Assembly: GCF_006345805.1 (NCBI RefSeq) | Contig: NC_042999.1 | Coordinates: 41,974,001 to 42,038,000 of the forward strand | DNA length: 64,000 nucleotides | Direction: 5' to 3' | Source of the DNA: Octopus sinensis | Lineage: Eukaryota | Shown here: one piece after another, positions 1-14,034 of the stretch | How positions within the stretch are numbered: position 1 is the first letter of the stretch | Layout of the letters: the number at the start of each line of letters is the position of its first letter | Notes under the pieces: model-generated | Told to the model about the DNA's origin: nothing | The model's database searches: none | Seen by the model: the letters and a program-made list of their open reading frames with translations, nothing else | Made by a program: the position numbers and the translations under genes

Positions 1-1744
1 GAAACATGGAGGCTAATTCGCTGATGTAATGGTAACACATTTAGTCACGTTAACAAAGATATATGGGTTCTTGTCTCACGCGGATGGGAAAGCCTACTGT
101 TTTTTTTTTCTATCGAGGGCTTATATGGCACATTATTAGACTATTTTCCTTAGTCATTGCACGGTGATCGTTTTAAGATTATTATTATTATTTACAGAAT
201 TGTAAAACTCGGCATCGTATAACAAAACCATTCGCACCGAAATATGTATATATGAAAACATGAATTTTTGCATTATGATTCACTTCATTGCTAACTTGAT
301 ACTATCGTCTGTTAAGTCATTTTTTAAACCATGATAGACTACACACGTAGGGACTTTGTCGAGATGTATCTATCTGTCAATTGTTTGTATGGTTTTTGGG
401 GTCTGAATTAGTCCATGTATTTTTTGTATCAGTTTTGATTTCTTTCAGAATGATTTTGAACAAAGCACCACCTGCTGGGGTAAAAATATTAATTGTCGTT
501 TTGATATATGTCATGTTCTCGATGTCTGTAGGAGGAGTGTAGGTCTGAGGCCAAGACTTCGGTAACTTGTTAACTGAATACTCACATCTTTAGAAGTTTT
601 GATGAAAATCTTTACACACTATACAAATAAAGTAGCTCTTATGGCGTTGTTGGTACGATAAAAGTTTGAACATTTTGAAGCGATCCCAATAGTCAAAACC
701 TATCATGCTATTCAGTTTTAAATATACATATAGAGACACACAGACGTATATATTTATGCATACGCATATGTTTGTGTGTGAATCTGTGTGTACAAATAAG
801 CATCAAATGTAGCTATTTATATATAAATATATTTATATATATGCGTATATGCACATGTCTCCACATACATATATGTATACATACATGCATAGCTATATAT
901 GAATATATAAACACACATATATACACATATGTAATGATAAATACTTCTCAAATAAGTATTTATTCTATATGTGTATGCTCCTCATAATTCCTTCTAGAGC
1001 CTCTTAAGAACTTTGTTTTTATTTTATTTTCTATTTTTCACTCATTATTTTTATTGTTATGCTCTTTATTTTTACTACTTCTGGCTTCTACTATTTCCGA
1101 AGCTCCTACTATCGGTTTGAAAATATTTGCAGACATGGTTAAAAGTTTTGCATTTACTCTGACAGCTGACTAATCAGAAAGTATAACTAAAATGCAAAAC
1201 AGTTGTTCTTTCCAATATCTCTTTACATGCAGCTTTCTGCCAGTACTGGCCGTTATTGACAGCTTCCATACGCCACCTGATCACATAACAGATAGCTAAG
1301 ATGGATACTTACTTGGCAATGTCTGAAGCAGTAAAAGAAATGAACTGCTTTTAAAAGATATTGATGATGATTGTCGTTGTGGTTGCGCTTGTGGTTGTGG
1401 TCGTGGTTATGGTAGTGGTCTTGCTACAGTTTGTACTTCTTTTTATTTTGCTAGAGATTGCAGTTGCGGTGTGTTGATGGGATGGTGGGTACGGTCTTGT
1501 CTTAGAAGAAGTATGAACAGATTAAGTTATGCACGCTTTGGGGAATATTCTGGCTAACTACCAACGAAAAAGTATAAACCACAGAGGAAAACAGCTCCAG
1601 TTAGGATTTATAAAAGCGAGTATGTTCGCTGTAGTAAGAAAGGCGGGGATTTGATATGCGTTGCGGAAGCGTCCACGAATGATGAGTCGAATAACGCTAA
1701 TGTGAATAGTCGAGTAACTCAGATGTAAACTGTAGCGTCCATTG

Positions 1745-1778
1745 ATTATTATTGTTGTTGTTGTTAGCAAAATCTGTA

Positions 1779-1843
<65 letters not shown>

Positions 1844-1909
1844 GTTGTTGTTGTTACCAAAATCAGTATTAATATTATTATTAACAACAGCAACAACAAC
1901 AACAACAAC

Positions 1910-1965
<56 letters not shown>

Positions 1966-2310
1966 TGATGATAATAAAAATAAAATACTAATAACGAGGA
2001 TGATAATGATGATGGTGACGACGACGATGATATTGATGATGAAGATGATGACGATAATTATATTGATGCTGCTGCTGCTGCTGATGATGATGATGATAAT
2101 TATGATGATGATGGTGACGATGGTGATATTGATGACATTGATGATGATGATGATGATGACGATATTGAAATAGTTATTGTCGTTGTTGGTTGTGATGACA
2201 TTTTGTTGTTGATAATATCATTATGCTGGTTATCTATTAGCTGTATTTTTGCTGTTGTTGCTACTGTTGTTGTTGTTGTTGATGATGATGATGATGATGA
2301 TGATGTTTCT
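1745..2310. repeat. Compound trinucleotide microsatellite tract (ATT/GTT then AAC/AAT, then GAT/GCT/GTT)
   Basis: Directly visible; explains the poly-I/L/N/M/S ORFs of the track. Confidence 0.95.
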
Positions 2311-2493
2311 TCTTTCATTTAGTTTTGCTTCACCTTGTTGCTTCATCTTGATTATCGTCTCGAGAGAATAGCAAAAAAAGTAGAGAACTCGGATGGACTT
2401 TAAGTTCTTATGTTTCTGTATCAGTTATGGTTCCTATTCAACGCACAAGAAACCTTGCAACAACTTCTTAATGTAGCCTACATTAAAGAAAAG

Positions 2494-2555
2494 AGAAGAA
2501 GAAGAAGAAGAAGAAGAAGAAGAAGAAGAAGAAGAAGAAGAAGAAGAAGAAGAAA
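2494..2555. repeat. (GAA)n microsatellite followed by (CAC)n at ~2611-2637
   Basis: Directly visible. Confidence 0.95.
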
Positions 2556-3056
2556 GCAAAAAACAAGAACGACCGCTGTCAGTATTATAACTGCAACCGT
2601 ATTCTCCATCATCACCACCACCACCACCACCACCACCAATAACAACTACTCCAAAAAATATAAAAAGAAACAAGGGTATCAACACAAATAACTAAACAAA
2701 TGAATAAATTTATAATGAAAACAAGAAAAAAAAAACAACAGAAATCTCCAAAGCGGATTAGAGTGACACTGGCATTCGAAACAGCAATTTTTATCTGTTG
2801 CATCCGATAAGACATTCAAACAATGAATCAAATGAAATATGACGTGTTTGGTTTCAGAAGATTTGGGTCTTTTTTTTCTTTTGATTTCTGTATACAATCT
2901 CCATCTCCTAATTGACGATGCCCGAGAAGAGAACTAAGAAAACAAAACTATACGATAATATGGTTAAACACTACAGTTAGGATATGGGTTAATTTACTTC
3001 GATCTTCTTCTATATTCGATATTTCCACCAAAAATTGCTATGTAGTTATCGAAGTT

Positions 3057-3099
<43 letters not shown>

Positions 3100-3105
3100 T
3101 ATATA

Positions 3106-3481
3106 ATCACACAGGTTTATATATCTTTCTGAAGAGGCTGCTTTTCTATATGATTATATATGATTATATATATATATATATATATAATATATATATATTA
3201 TATATATATATATATATATAATATATATATATATACAATCAGAAAGGAGGAATTTAGTCATCATTGTTTATTATTGTTTTTGTTGTGGTTGATGTCGTTG
3301 TTTTTGTCGTTTTTGTTGTTGCTGTTGCGGTTGCTACTGATGTTTATATTGTCGGCCATGAACTGTTTACATGCATATTTGCTTATTTTCTTTTTAAAGT
3401 AAGCAACTTTAAGGTAACAATGGTCAAATGGAATATTCCAGAACAGCAGCCTCTTCAGAAAGATATATAAGCCTTTGTGAT
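3106..3481. mobile_element. (TA)n-flanked element with 37-bp terminal inverted repeats (possible Penelope-like remnant or MITE)
   Basis: 3106-3142 (atcacacaggtttatatatctttctgaagaggctgct) is the reverse complement of 3445-3481 with 2 mismatches; both ends abut (TA)n. Confidence 0.6.
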
Positions 3482-3621
3482 AATATATATATATATATAC
3501 ACACAGACAGACAGACAGGGAGAGAAAGAGACAAGTGCATATACGCACACAGTGGTACACATATATCAAATATGCATATAAATTTCTCTATCTCCCTGTG
3601 TGTGTGTTTATATATATATAT

Positions 3622-3675
<54 letters not shown>

Positions 3676-3906
3676 AGTATATATTATATAGATAGTTAAA
3701 TAGACAGGCTAGCAGGCAGGCAGTCAGACAGAAAGACAAATATCGATATTCATATAGTTATTTATACGTATGTATGCGTACATAAGTGTATGTATATATA
3801 TGTGTGTATATGTATGTATGTACGTATGTATGTATGCACACATATATTAACAAATATGTATGTGAGAAATATTTTATGCTATTTGTGCGGAGAGAGAGAG
3901 AGAAAG

Positions 3907-3979
<73 letters not shown>

Positions 3980-4632
3980 AGATAAAGTTAGGAAGGAGAT
4001 AGTCGAGAGAAGCATAAAACTAATGAAATATAGGTAAAACAGGATTAAAAATAAAAGTAAAGACCATTCAAACAACGAAAACGGAATGAATTCAACTGAA
4101 AATACGGGAACACAGTAAGCAGTTGTAGAAATAACACTACCAACTTAGTATATACATCTACAAGTACAAGATAAAAACTCTTAAATTTTCAGGCGACGAA
4201 TACAGTAATAAGAGGAAAGAAAAGCCAAGACAACTACAAAAGTTAATATAGTTAATATCAATTATTCGTCGACCATTCTAGACGAGATAAGATAGTGAAT
4301 ATTACATGAACCATTGTTCTAAAGAAAACAAGCTAAGAAAGATGTGTTAGATAATTGGATACGTAAGAAAATGAAGGCTGGAAAAAGGCCATTGGTGTAT
4401 TTATTATCTCTTTCATTATCTCATTTGCACTCAAACCTTTCACTATCTGTTTCGTATTTTTTCCCATTCACACCTTCACTCTCCTTCAATTACTCGCTAT
4501 CTTTCCCTCTCTTCCTTTCTCTGTCTCTATCTCTGTCTCTTTCTCTCTACCTGTCACTCTCCCTCCCTCTCCCTATCACATATTCTCTCCATCTCTCTCC
4601 TAATATCTGCATTCATTTATCCACATACACCG

Positions 4633-4677
<45 letters not shown>

Positions 4678-4693
4678 TAGATACATACATACA

Positions 4694-4724
<31 letters not shown>

Positions 4725-4725
4725 G

Positions 4726-4761
<36 letters not shown>

Positions 4762-6589
4762 AAGATAGATAGATGGATAGATAGATAGACAGATAGGTAG
4801 GTAGATATACAGAGAGATCATATAATCATATATATATATACATATATGTATATATAACTATAACTATATGTATGTATATACGTATTTACATATACATACA
4901 TAACATATTTATATATATATATATATAGATACACACACGCGCATATATTTCGATATACACGCACATACAGACGCGCGCACGCACACACACATATATACAT
5001 ATATGTATGCATATGTACATACATATATCTTTTATTGTCCATTTCTCTTCCTATTCACATTTTACCCAAATTAGTTATCTATCTCCTATCGTTGTATTTC
5101 TCGCTCTTTCTCTTTCTCTCTTCTTCTCTTGCTTTTTCTTTCATTTTAAACACAATCATTCGCACGAATTATATGCGTGTGACTGTATGTATGTACGTAT
5201 GTATGTATGAATGTATGTATGTATATGTGTATATGGCTGTATCTTTCTCATATTCATATACGTATATATATATATAAGACGAACGTACGTTTTTCATTGT
5301 TGAATATATATTGATAGATTACTAAATAGATATGTGTGTACGTAAATATAAAAATAACTAAATAAGTGGATGATTCAATTAAGAGATAAGCCATAAGGAT
5401 TGTCTAGAAACACGAATCAATATCAAAAGAGAATCAAAACCATTATTTTCTTTCTCTTTTATTGAAATTATATTTTCGCCATTATTCTCTTCATAGTCTA
5501 GACCAAACATTGATCAAAATATATGAAAGGTGTTCTTAGAACTCAAAGAATTTATTCTCGAACTTCCTTGGGAATTTCTTTGTTCTATTGTTTATCCCTG
5601 ATTTGCTTGTTATTTCATTTTGTGTTAAAAATTTATCAACTTTGATTCTGTTATTTTTTTTTTGTTGTCATCATTTACCGTTGTTTGTTTCAACAATATA
5701 TATATATATATATTTTTTATTTTTTGAAATATACATAATGAGAGTAATTCTGTTCTATATCTTCTATCAATTTCTTACTTATATCTTGAAGTCATTTTTA
5801 TTGTTTGCAACCCATGAATTTCTTTATTTTTAGATTTCTTACTCATATCATTGAGTGTTATTTTCGCAAAAATATCACGTTGTGTTACTAAACACAATTT
5901 AGGGTAGTTATGAATTACGACCATTAATGCATTTTAAACAGTCTATATTTTGTTATTATAAAATACTAAGACCTTACATTTTTTTCTCTAATTTACTTAT
6001 TGCTTCAATTATACTTCACTCCCCGCTCACCCTTTCTCCCTTTCTCGTGATAAACACACACACATATACACACATACGTACACACATACACACACATATT
6101 TTTATAGAAGGATGATCATTATGGCCTGTCAATGAGTGACTATATGTTTTCGCACATGGAGAGTGTTTAACTGTATGATCGACTCTTCAGATTCAAGTGG
6201 CAGAGGCATTTACCATCTAGTTACAATCAATCTCGAGGAATTTTTATATATTCGGATCAGAGATGAACAAACAATCAAAGCAATCAGATTAGCAAGCTTA
6301 GGAGTATAACTAAATACCCTGGAGAAGATAAATAACGAAGAGTACACAGAAATCTTTTCGGCCATTTTATTTCCAGAAAAATAAATAAAAACTTCAAATT
6401 TTCATTTTCAGCCCTCAAATATTCCTGCAATCTCACTAACAGACACAAATGCTAGAGATAAAAAGGATTGTATAAACCACACTCAATATACCACCTCTGT
6501 GTTTATAAGGTTCGACCTTTAGACAAATATTTATCTATCTATTTATAAAAAAGTTCGTTTTCTATGTTTTTGTTTTTATGTTTTCATTT

Positions 6590-6668
6590 CGACAAATAAT
6601 CTTTTCGATGAGAACCGTTCGATGAAGAGTCGTTTGACAAGAACTCATTCAACAAAATGTCGTAAGAC
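6590..6668 (+). repeat. Degenerate ~15-bp tandem repeat (about 5 units, ttcgaYRa...)
   Basis: ttcgacaaataatct / tttcgatgagaaccg / ttcgatgaagagtcg / tttgacaagaactca / ttcaacaaaatgtcg; resembles a subterminal minisatellite of a DNA transposon. Confidence 0.5.
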
Positions 6669-8915
6669 AGATCTTTGTCATTTACAAAATATTTTTCCAG
6701 ATTTTTTTTCAATCTCCATTATATTTAGTTACATATACTGAAGGGTGAACCTTTCTAGTTAGTTTATTTTAACCTGTGGTTACATAACATGTTTTTACTC
6801 CCGTTCTACATACTTTGTTTCATGATACCGTTATACATAAATGACATAACACCGTTGTGAAATTATACCTGAACCATCATAATTCCTGTTCTAAGCTGAT
6901 GTTTGTGAGCGTTGTTATTCAAGAGGAAGTTTGCGAACAACGCAGATCTTTCGTCTGCTTGCTTTCCATAAAGGTAGCAACGGAGATTTCAATGAGAAGC
7001 ATGTCACTTTTCCAACAACATATATATTTTATCACTTCTTCCCTTATTTTATCGCTACTTTACTTACTTTATGGCTATTTCCCTTACTTCATTAAATGTC
7101 TGCTATGATATTATTAGTATTGTGATTTAAGGTTTAATGCATTGGCATATTTTCAGAAATATTCATATTACTTCAAGGTATTCATAGAACTTAAGCAATT
7201 GTGATTGAATTTTTATTCTTCTATAGACCGCTCCGCAGGGAAACGAATAATTGTATCACTAAATCACAAGATGTGGGCGCTCTATATGTGTATGTATGTT
7301 TGCACGTATATATCTATACATATGTATGTATATACGTACACAAGTACGTATGTATATATGCATGTATATATGTATAAATGTATAAATGGGGGTATGTATA
7401 GATGTATGCATGTATGTATGTATATGTAATGTGAATCAAGTTGACGGGATATTTCTAGATTACGATTTATTGCGGTTTCATCTGGCGATTTATCAAATTC
7501 ATAATAAAGAGTACTTGTAAAAATATTGCTTATATAACGTCAGATTTGGTGAGTGGGGGTGAATAGAATTTTATATATTAGATAGTGCTGAATGGAAACT
7601 GAACAAAACACGATGGAAGAAATTTACTACTTCACGAAATAGGACATCTCTGAATTTTTAAGAGTGTTAAAATATTTATAATATATACAGTAAAATGAAA
7701 TAAAACAAATGAACAAAATAAGACTAACATTTAAAAACATATTAAGATAGAATTATATGGAAGTATACGAGGAGTGAAGAAACAAATATATAAATATTTA
7801 GATAACTTAAATGAAAAATTGTCTTGAAATCTTTATTGAAACGTGCCTTTGGGTTTTACAGAAAATTTTTTCAGATAGTAGTCACTTTTATGAATTAGTC
7901 AATATAAATTATAATCGATAGTTACTTCCTCGTTTATTTAAACTGAAACATTTGGTGCAGTAAAGTTGGTCACATTTTTAATAATTTAATTGGTTATTTC
8001 AGTTATAAAGCGAGCGGGTTTGAAACGGAGGTGTTTTCCATACGGATAAATATAATGGATTGATAGTGAAGCTTAAGATTTAAATTCTAATTTTATAATA
8101 GATGAATACTTACATGAAGAGTTCAAAATTGAATAAAGGCTACAAATCTTTACTTTATTTGAATGGATTAAACTACACATTCTCGACTTATTTAATTGTA
8201 AAACAAATTGAATGTTCTAGGATTAAAATAATCAAACTATACTAAAATATATAGCAAAAAATTAAGATGAATAATGCCTTGCGGGTACATGGCTATTATA
8301 TCGAGAAGCACGTGTTGATATGCACTTGGCGTTCTGTTGCAAAGTTTCTAATTTGATAAGTACATTATGCGTTCTGAGGTGACGAACGTTACATTCGAGA
8401 GAGGATTTGATTTGTCAAATTAGTTATAAATCATCTAGTCTGAGAATTGTCACGTTAAATAAATATAAACGTGCATGATGTTGTGATAATGCTTTCCTTT
8501 AAAATTGAAATTTACAGGCCTTTAAAGATTCATCAAATTAAAAGTACATGCGACAGAAATCAGATTTATAGTAGAAGTTTCGACCTGACGATTAGTAATG
8601 TAATAGACAGAAAGAGATATGTGTACAGGCATCTCACTCTCTCTCTCTCTCCCTCTCTCTTTCTGTCTATTTTTCTATTTCTATATCTATCTATGTATGA
8701 ATCTATCTTTCTATTTATCTATCTATCTATCTATCGATCTGTCTATCGATCTTTCTATCCATCTATCCATCTATCCATCTATCTATCTATCTATCTATGA
8801 ATCTATCTATTTATTTCTCTATCTATCTATGTATGAATCTATCTATCCACCTAACTATCTATCTATCTTTCTATCAGTCTATCTGGCTGTCTATGTGTCT
8901 GTCTATCCCTCTATT

Positions 8916-8946
<31 letters not shown>

Positions 8947-8965
8947 CTATATATATATATATATA

Positions 8966-9187
8966 CCAATTAAGGACTGAACACGAAAAGTGGACAGTCA
9001 ACATGCTAGATATAGACGTCAAATCGCCATTCTCTACAAAAAGTCTATGTTCTCAGATCAAACTCAACACAAAACTGGTTTTGTGTTGAGTTTGATCTGA
9101 GAACATAGACTTTTTGTAGAGAATGGCGATTTGACGTCTATATCTAGCATGTTGACTGTCCACTTTTCGTGTTCAGTCCTTAATTGG
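8966..9187. repeat. Perfect fold-back palindrome, 110-bp unique arms with 2-nt loop, embedded in (TA)n
   Basis: 8966-9075 is the exact reverse complement of 9078-9187 (checked base by base); loop TG at 9076-9077. Confidence 0.97.
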
Positions 9188-9276
9188 TATATATAAATAT
9201 TTTAATCTTCGGATTCTTTCTTTAATATGCTAGACCACTGGTTCTAATTGATAAATATCAATTTTTACCCTAAATT

Positions 9277-9334
<58 letters not shown>

Positions 9335-9344
9335 TATATATATA

Positions 9345-9376
<32 letters not shown>

Positions 9377-9984
9377 TGTGTGTGTGTGTGCATGTGTGTA
9401 TGCATGGATGTAGGTATGTATCTATCTTTCTCTCTATCTATCTCCCCATCTCTCCCTATATACACACGTTTAGATGTATACAATAATACATGTGTGCACG
9501 TACGCGCGTCTGTGTATGTGAGTGTTTGTGCGTGTGTGGGCGTGCGTATGTGTGAGTATTGTAGGTAAAATGAAATAGATTATTTTATGCCTAGAATACC
9601 GTATAACATTACGAATACTATAACATTTAGAAATTTAAAATATGGTAGATTTTATTCATCACGGGATGTGTATTTAATAATTAAGAAGCCTGTTACCGTT
9701 CAGACTGTACGTCATAGTTAATATTCTTCAGGCCATGTATACAGTTAGAGTTTAGTAATTGGCAATAATTCATCTTATTTTGCTGATCAGATAAAACATA
9801 GAATTTAGTTATATTCGATAATGATTGGAAAAAATTTGGTTATGTAGAAAAGAAAAGTTTTATAGTGTGCTTATTTTTTTTAAAGAATGTTAACACTTGT
9901 ATTTTGGGGGAATGAATGTCCGGGGAGTTAAAGGACGTTTTTGGACACATGCTTAAATACTTTTTAGATTGAGGGTCATATTGG

Positions 9985-10262
9985 TTTCAAAATTTTATTC
10001 AAAGCCAGCAATTTTGGAGGAGGAGTAAGTGGTTTACATCAACACGAGTACCCAAGTGATACTTATTTTCTATACCCCGAAACGATGAAAAGCAGAGTCA
10101 GCCATTGCAGAATTTGAACTCACAGTGTGGAGATAGTCAAAATGTGGAAATAACATTTTGTCCAGTTGACCTCTGTGGAATTTGAACTCAGAAGGTAAAG
10201 ACGGACGAAATGCCGCTAAGCATTTTTGTCCGGCGTGCTAACGATTCGCTAACTTTCCACTT
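9985..10262 (-). mobile_element. SINE family A, degenerate (two partial units)
   Basis: Remnants of gaatttgaactcagaa, gacgaaatgccgctaagcattt and tail motifs shared with the better family-A copies. Confidence 0.7.
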
Positions 10263-10674
10263 TAATTTGAGGGTTATATTAGGTTACATTTTCTCTTACT
10301 AATTTGGCTTTTGTGACCACACGACCAATTTGTTATATATTTCGCCACATGGTCATAGTTCGTCGATTTCAGATTCTTACACAGGTCAGCGAGTTGTATC
10401 TTTGAGTAATTCACTTTACTTTACACCGCTCCAGTCTACTCAGCCATAAATGTGCACCCGCTGTAAAATCTTGGATAACCGTCGGTCAAAGTGAAGGTCA
10501 GGAGGAAAGGTAGAATTACTCTCGAGTAAATAAGCATTTATAACAAGTAGCGACTGCATGCTATGTCGGCCGTGAGTGGCGTAGCTCTACGTTACTTCGT
10601 ACTGAATTGGTTTTAAATGAATCTACGGTGCAAAATTTATATATATATATATATTTCTTCATTAAACGTACAAT

Positions 10675-11074
10675 GATCTTTTCTGCTCTCGGCACAAGGC
10701 CCGAAATTTTTGGGTAGGAACCAGTCGATTAGATCGACTCCAGTACGCAACTAGTACTTAATTTATCGACCCTGAAAGGATGAAAAGCAAAGTCGATCTC
10801 GGCGCAATTTCAACTCAGAACTTAGCGGCAGATGAAATACCTATTTCTTTACTACCCACAAGGGGCTAAACACACAGGGGACGAACAAGGACAGACAAAC
10901 GGATCAAGTCGATTACATCAACCCCAGTGTGTAACTGGTACTTAATTTTTCGACCCCGAAAGGATGAAAGGCAAAGTTGACCTCGGCGGAATTTGAACTC
11001 ACAACGTAACGGCAGACGAAATGCCGCTAAGCATTTCGCACGGAGTACTAACCCTTCTGCCAGCTCGCCACCTT
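10675..11074 (-). mobile_element. SINE family A, dimer with two different 3' tails, flanked by a 14-bp TSD
   Basis: tRNA-like head with B box GAGTTCAAATTCC; core cctttcatcctttcggggtcga twice; TSD attaaac(g/c)tacaat at 10661-10674 and 11075-11088. Confidence 0.92.
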
Positions 11075-11266
11075 ATTAAACCTACAATATCATAAGACGA
11101 ATCAATTATATTAGCTTCGTCAGCAGATAGGTTGGATATATATAGGGAGATATTTTTGATGACATTACGGAAAATAATACAAAAATCACTTGAAAATTGT
11201 GAATTTTATACTGTAAGGTGTGATAATGGTCTACAATTTTGAAGTAGATTGGACTGCTATTTTATA

Positions 11267-11495
11267 TACTCTTTTACTTACTTCAGTCATTTGACTGCGG
11301 CCATGCTGGAGCACCGCCTTTAGTCGAGAAAATCGACCCACGACTTATTATTTGTAAGCCTAGTACTTATTCTATCGGTAACTTTTGCCGAACCGCTAAG
11401 TTACGGGGACGTAAACACACCAGCATCAGTTGTCAAGCGATGTTGGAGGAGGGGACAAACACAGACACACAATCATATGCACACACACACATATC

Positions 11496-11575
<80 letters not shown>

Positions 11576-11752
11576 TATACATATATGCGACGGGCTTCTT
11601 TCAGTTTCCCTCTACCAAATCCACTCACAAGGCTTTTGTCGGTCCGAGGCTATAGTACAAGACACTTTCCCAAGTTGTAACACAGTGGAACTGAACCCGG
11701 AACAATGTGGTTGGTAAGCAAGCTACTTACCACACAGCCACTCCTGCGCCTA
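11267..11752 (-). mobile_element. SINE family B (tRNA head, CORE-like block, internal microsatellite, RTE-like tail)
   Basis: Minus strand begins taggcgcaggagtggctgtgtggtaag (A box) and gggttcagttcc (B box); ends ccagcatggccgcagtcaaatgactgaa; many copies in window. Confidence 0.92.
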
Positions 11753-11789
11753 TATGTAAATTTAGTTTTAAAAAACTTTGGGAAGGTAC

Positions 11790-13000
11790 TTCTTGAATCT
11801 TTGGGTACCCTGTATGTTTAAGCTTCTAAGAATACAAGGGTTACCATCCCCATATAAATATACAAGTATATGTGAAAATGCATGTAAGCGACAGTGAAGG
11901 ATATATATAACCACGACATCGCATAATGCTACCGAATCTTTTGCTCTTTTTTCTAATTCAAACGGAAAGTTTGAATATTTCGTAATCAATATACTATTGA
12001 CATAGGATAATATGCTTGTCATGGTGTATGGAATTATATCGATTCCAGAATTAATATTGGCTAAAAATGGACTTTGCTCAATTCAATGCATTCATAGGTA
12101 CTGAAATTGATAGAAAACAGTGAAGTATATCGAACACTGCAAATTTGCACTTTTATTTGTTATGTATGAATTGAAACCGTGCGATAAGTGTATTGGAATA
12201 GTTCCAAAAGATAATTAGGAAACTGGCTTCATTTTCAGAATTATCGCTGAATGAAGTTGCTAAATATTTCAACATCATTTTTGGTTGAGCTGGCTTGGTA
12301 AGTTCTGTTGCTAAATTGATTTTATGCATATTGCGTTTATGGTCCTTAAAAGTAGCATACGTGTTTGCAACGCTTCAGGTGTTTCCACCATCGCCTCAGT
12401 TTTTCGTGAAGTTGCAACAATTTTGCTCATGTATTGATATAGAGAAGAGTTAACAGGCTAATGTTTTTTTAATTATTGATAATTGCATTGTAAAGATATT
12501 TATTGCAAGACAATGATCGATTTCGTAGATAATTTTAACGTCATCTGGAAGTAAGCATATAATTGTGTTAGCATATCTTAAGCATCTAATTCAAGTATTT
12601 CTAACGTTAGCTTATTTCTTTCTTTTAAATACATTCCCACTCATTTGAAATACATGATTTTAAGATTTTTGTAGTATTTCCTTCACTAAGGAACATTTAT
12701 TGTTTCGGAATATAAGATTTGTGTTACTGTGTTAGATATATATGGTAAAATATAATCCCACTCACTGAAATATTGCATGGCATGACCATACATTCACATC
12801 TGTGCAATATTAGATGTAGAGCATATTCTGCGACTAGTGATGAGTTCGTTATGACCACGACTTCAGTGGTACAGTAATAATCCGTTTCTTCCTGCTCGAG
12901 ATGTCGTCGAAAAATAGTGTTTAAAGATGAAGTATGCCGAAATATCATATCAATGTATAAAAGGAAGATAATTAAATTTGCCCACGGAAAACTAACTGAA
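11790..13000 (-). pseudogene. Possible highly decayed Helitron/PIF1-type helicase remnant
   Basis: Scattered minus-strand peptides resembling PIF1 motifs (VATS...GG...ATFK; FPFELEKR...SVALC; HAFSH) with stops and frameshifts; motif recall only. Confidence 0.25.
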
Positions 13001-13077
13001 ATGTCAGATAGCAAATAGTGTCCACTTTATAAAAGTGTACGGTCTTTTGTTAAAAATATGAGTGTATAGCATTAATA

Positions 13078-13208
13078 ATGGTTTCAGATTTTAGCACAAG
13101 ACCAGTAGTTTTAAGGGGAAGAGGATAGTCAATTACATCAACTCTAGAACATGACTGGAATTTCATTTTATCAACCTTGAAATTATGAAAATCGGTATAA
13201 CCGAATTA
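13078..13208 (-). mobile_element. SINE family A, degenerate 3' fragment
   Basis: ttttagcacaagaccag...gtcaattacatcaac matches the type-2 tail. Confidence 0.6.
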
Positions 13209-13279
13209 TAACATACGATAATACAGTATGCATATAAGTGCATAAACAACACACACACACATACACACACATATTCTAT

Positions 13280-13566
13280 CTTTTACTCTTTTACTTGTTT
13301 CAGTCATTTGACTGTAGCCATGCTGAAGCACCGCCTTTAGTCGAGCAAATCGACCCCAGGACTTATTCTTTGTAAGCCTAGAACTTATTCTATCGGTCTC
13401 TTTTGCCGAACCGCTAAGTTACGGGGACGTAAACACACCAGCATCGGTTGTCAAGCGATGTTGAGCGACAAACACAGACACACAAACATATACACACACA
13501 CACACACACACACATACATACATACATACATACATACATACATACATACATACATACATACATACA

Positions 13567-13644
<78 letters not shown>

Positions 13645-13803
13645 CGACGGGCTTCTTTCAGTTTCCGTCTACCAAATCCACTCACAAGGCTTTGGTTGGC
13701 CCGAGGCTATAGTAGAAGACACTTGCCCAAGGTGTCACGCAGTGGGACTGAAGCCGGAGCTAAGTGGTTCGTAAGCAAGCTACTTACCACACAGCCACTC
13801 CTA
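13280..13803 (-). mobile_element. SINE family B, full length, internal (CA)n(CATA)n(TA)n
   Basis: Near-identical to the other family-B copies. Confidence 0.93.
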
Positions 13804-14034
13804 CATACATATAAATAGATATGTATGCACCCAAAAATGCTATTTGATTACTTCCTTGATCGATTGACTCACAGATTGATTCATCTCGTGGCCCAAAGAC
13901 TATTTAAAGAGAAAGTCAAAGTAATCCCTTAGAAAATGTACAATAAATATGGGAAATAACCATATCTTCAGTTATATTGAAAGTATGGTTATTTTCAATA
14001 TTTATCTATTTAAAGGTCCACTCTCTTCATATTC

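Noticed and set aside
8966-9187. Hammerhead inside the perfect palindrome
   Set aside because: No core with a valid 3:8 pair plus GAA and stem III found in either direction.
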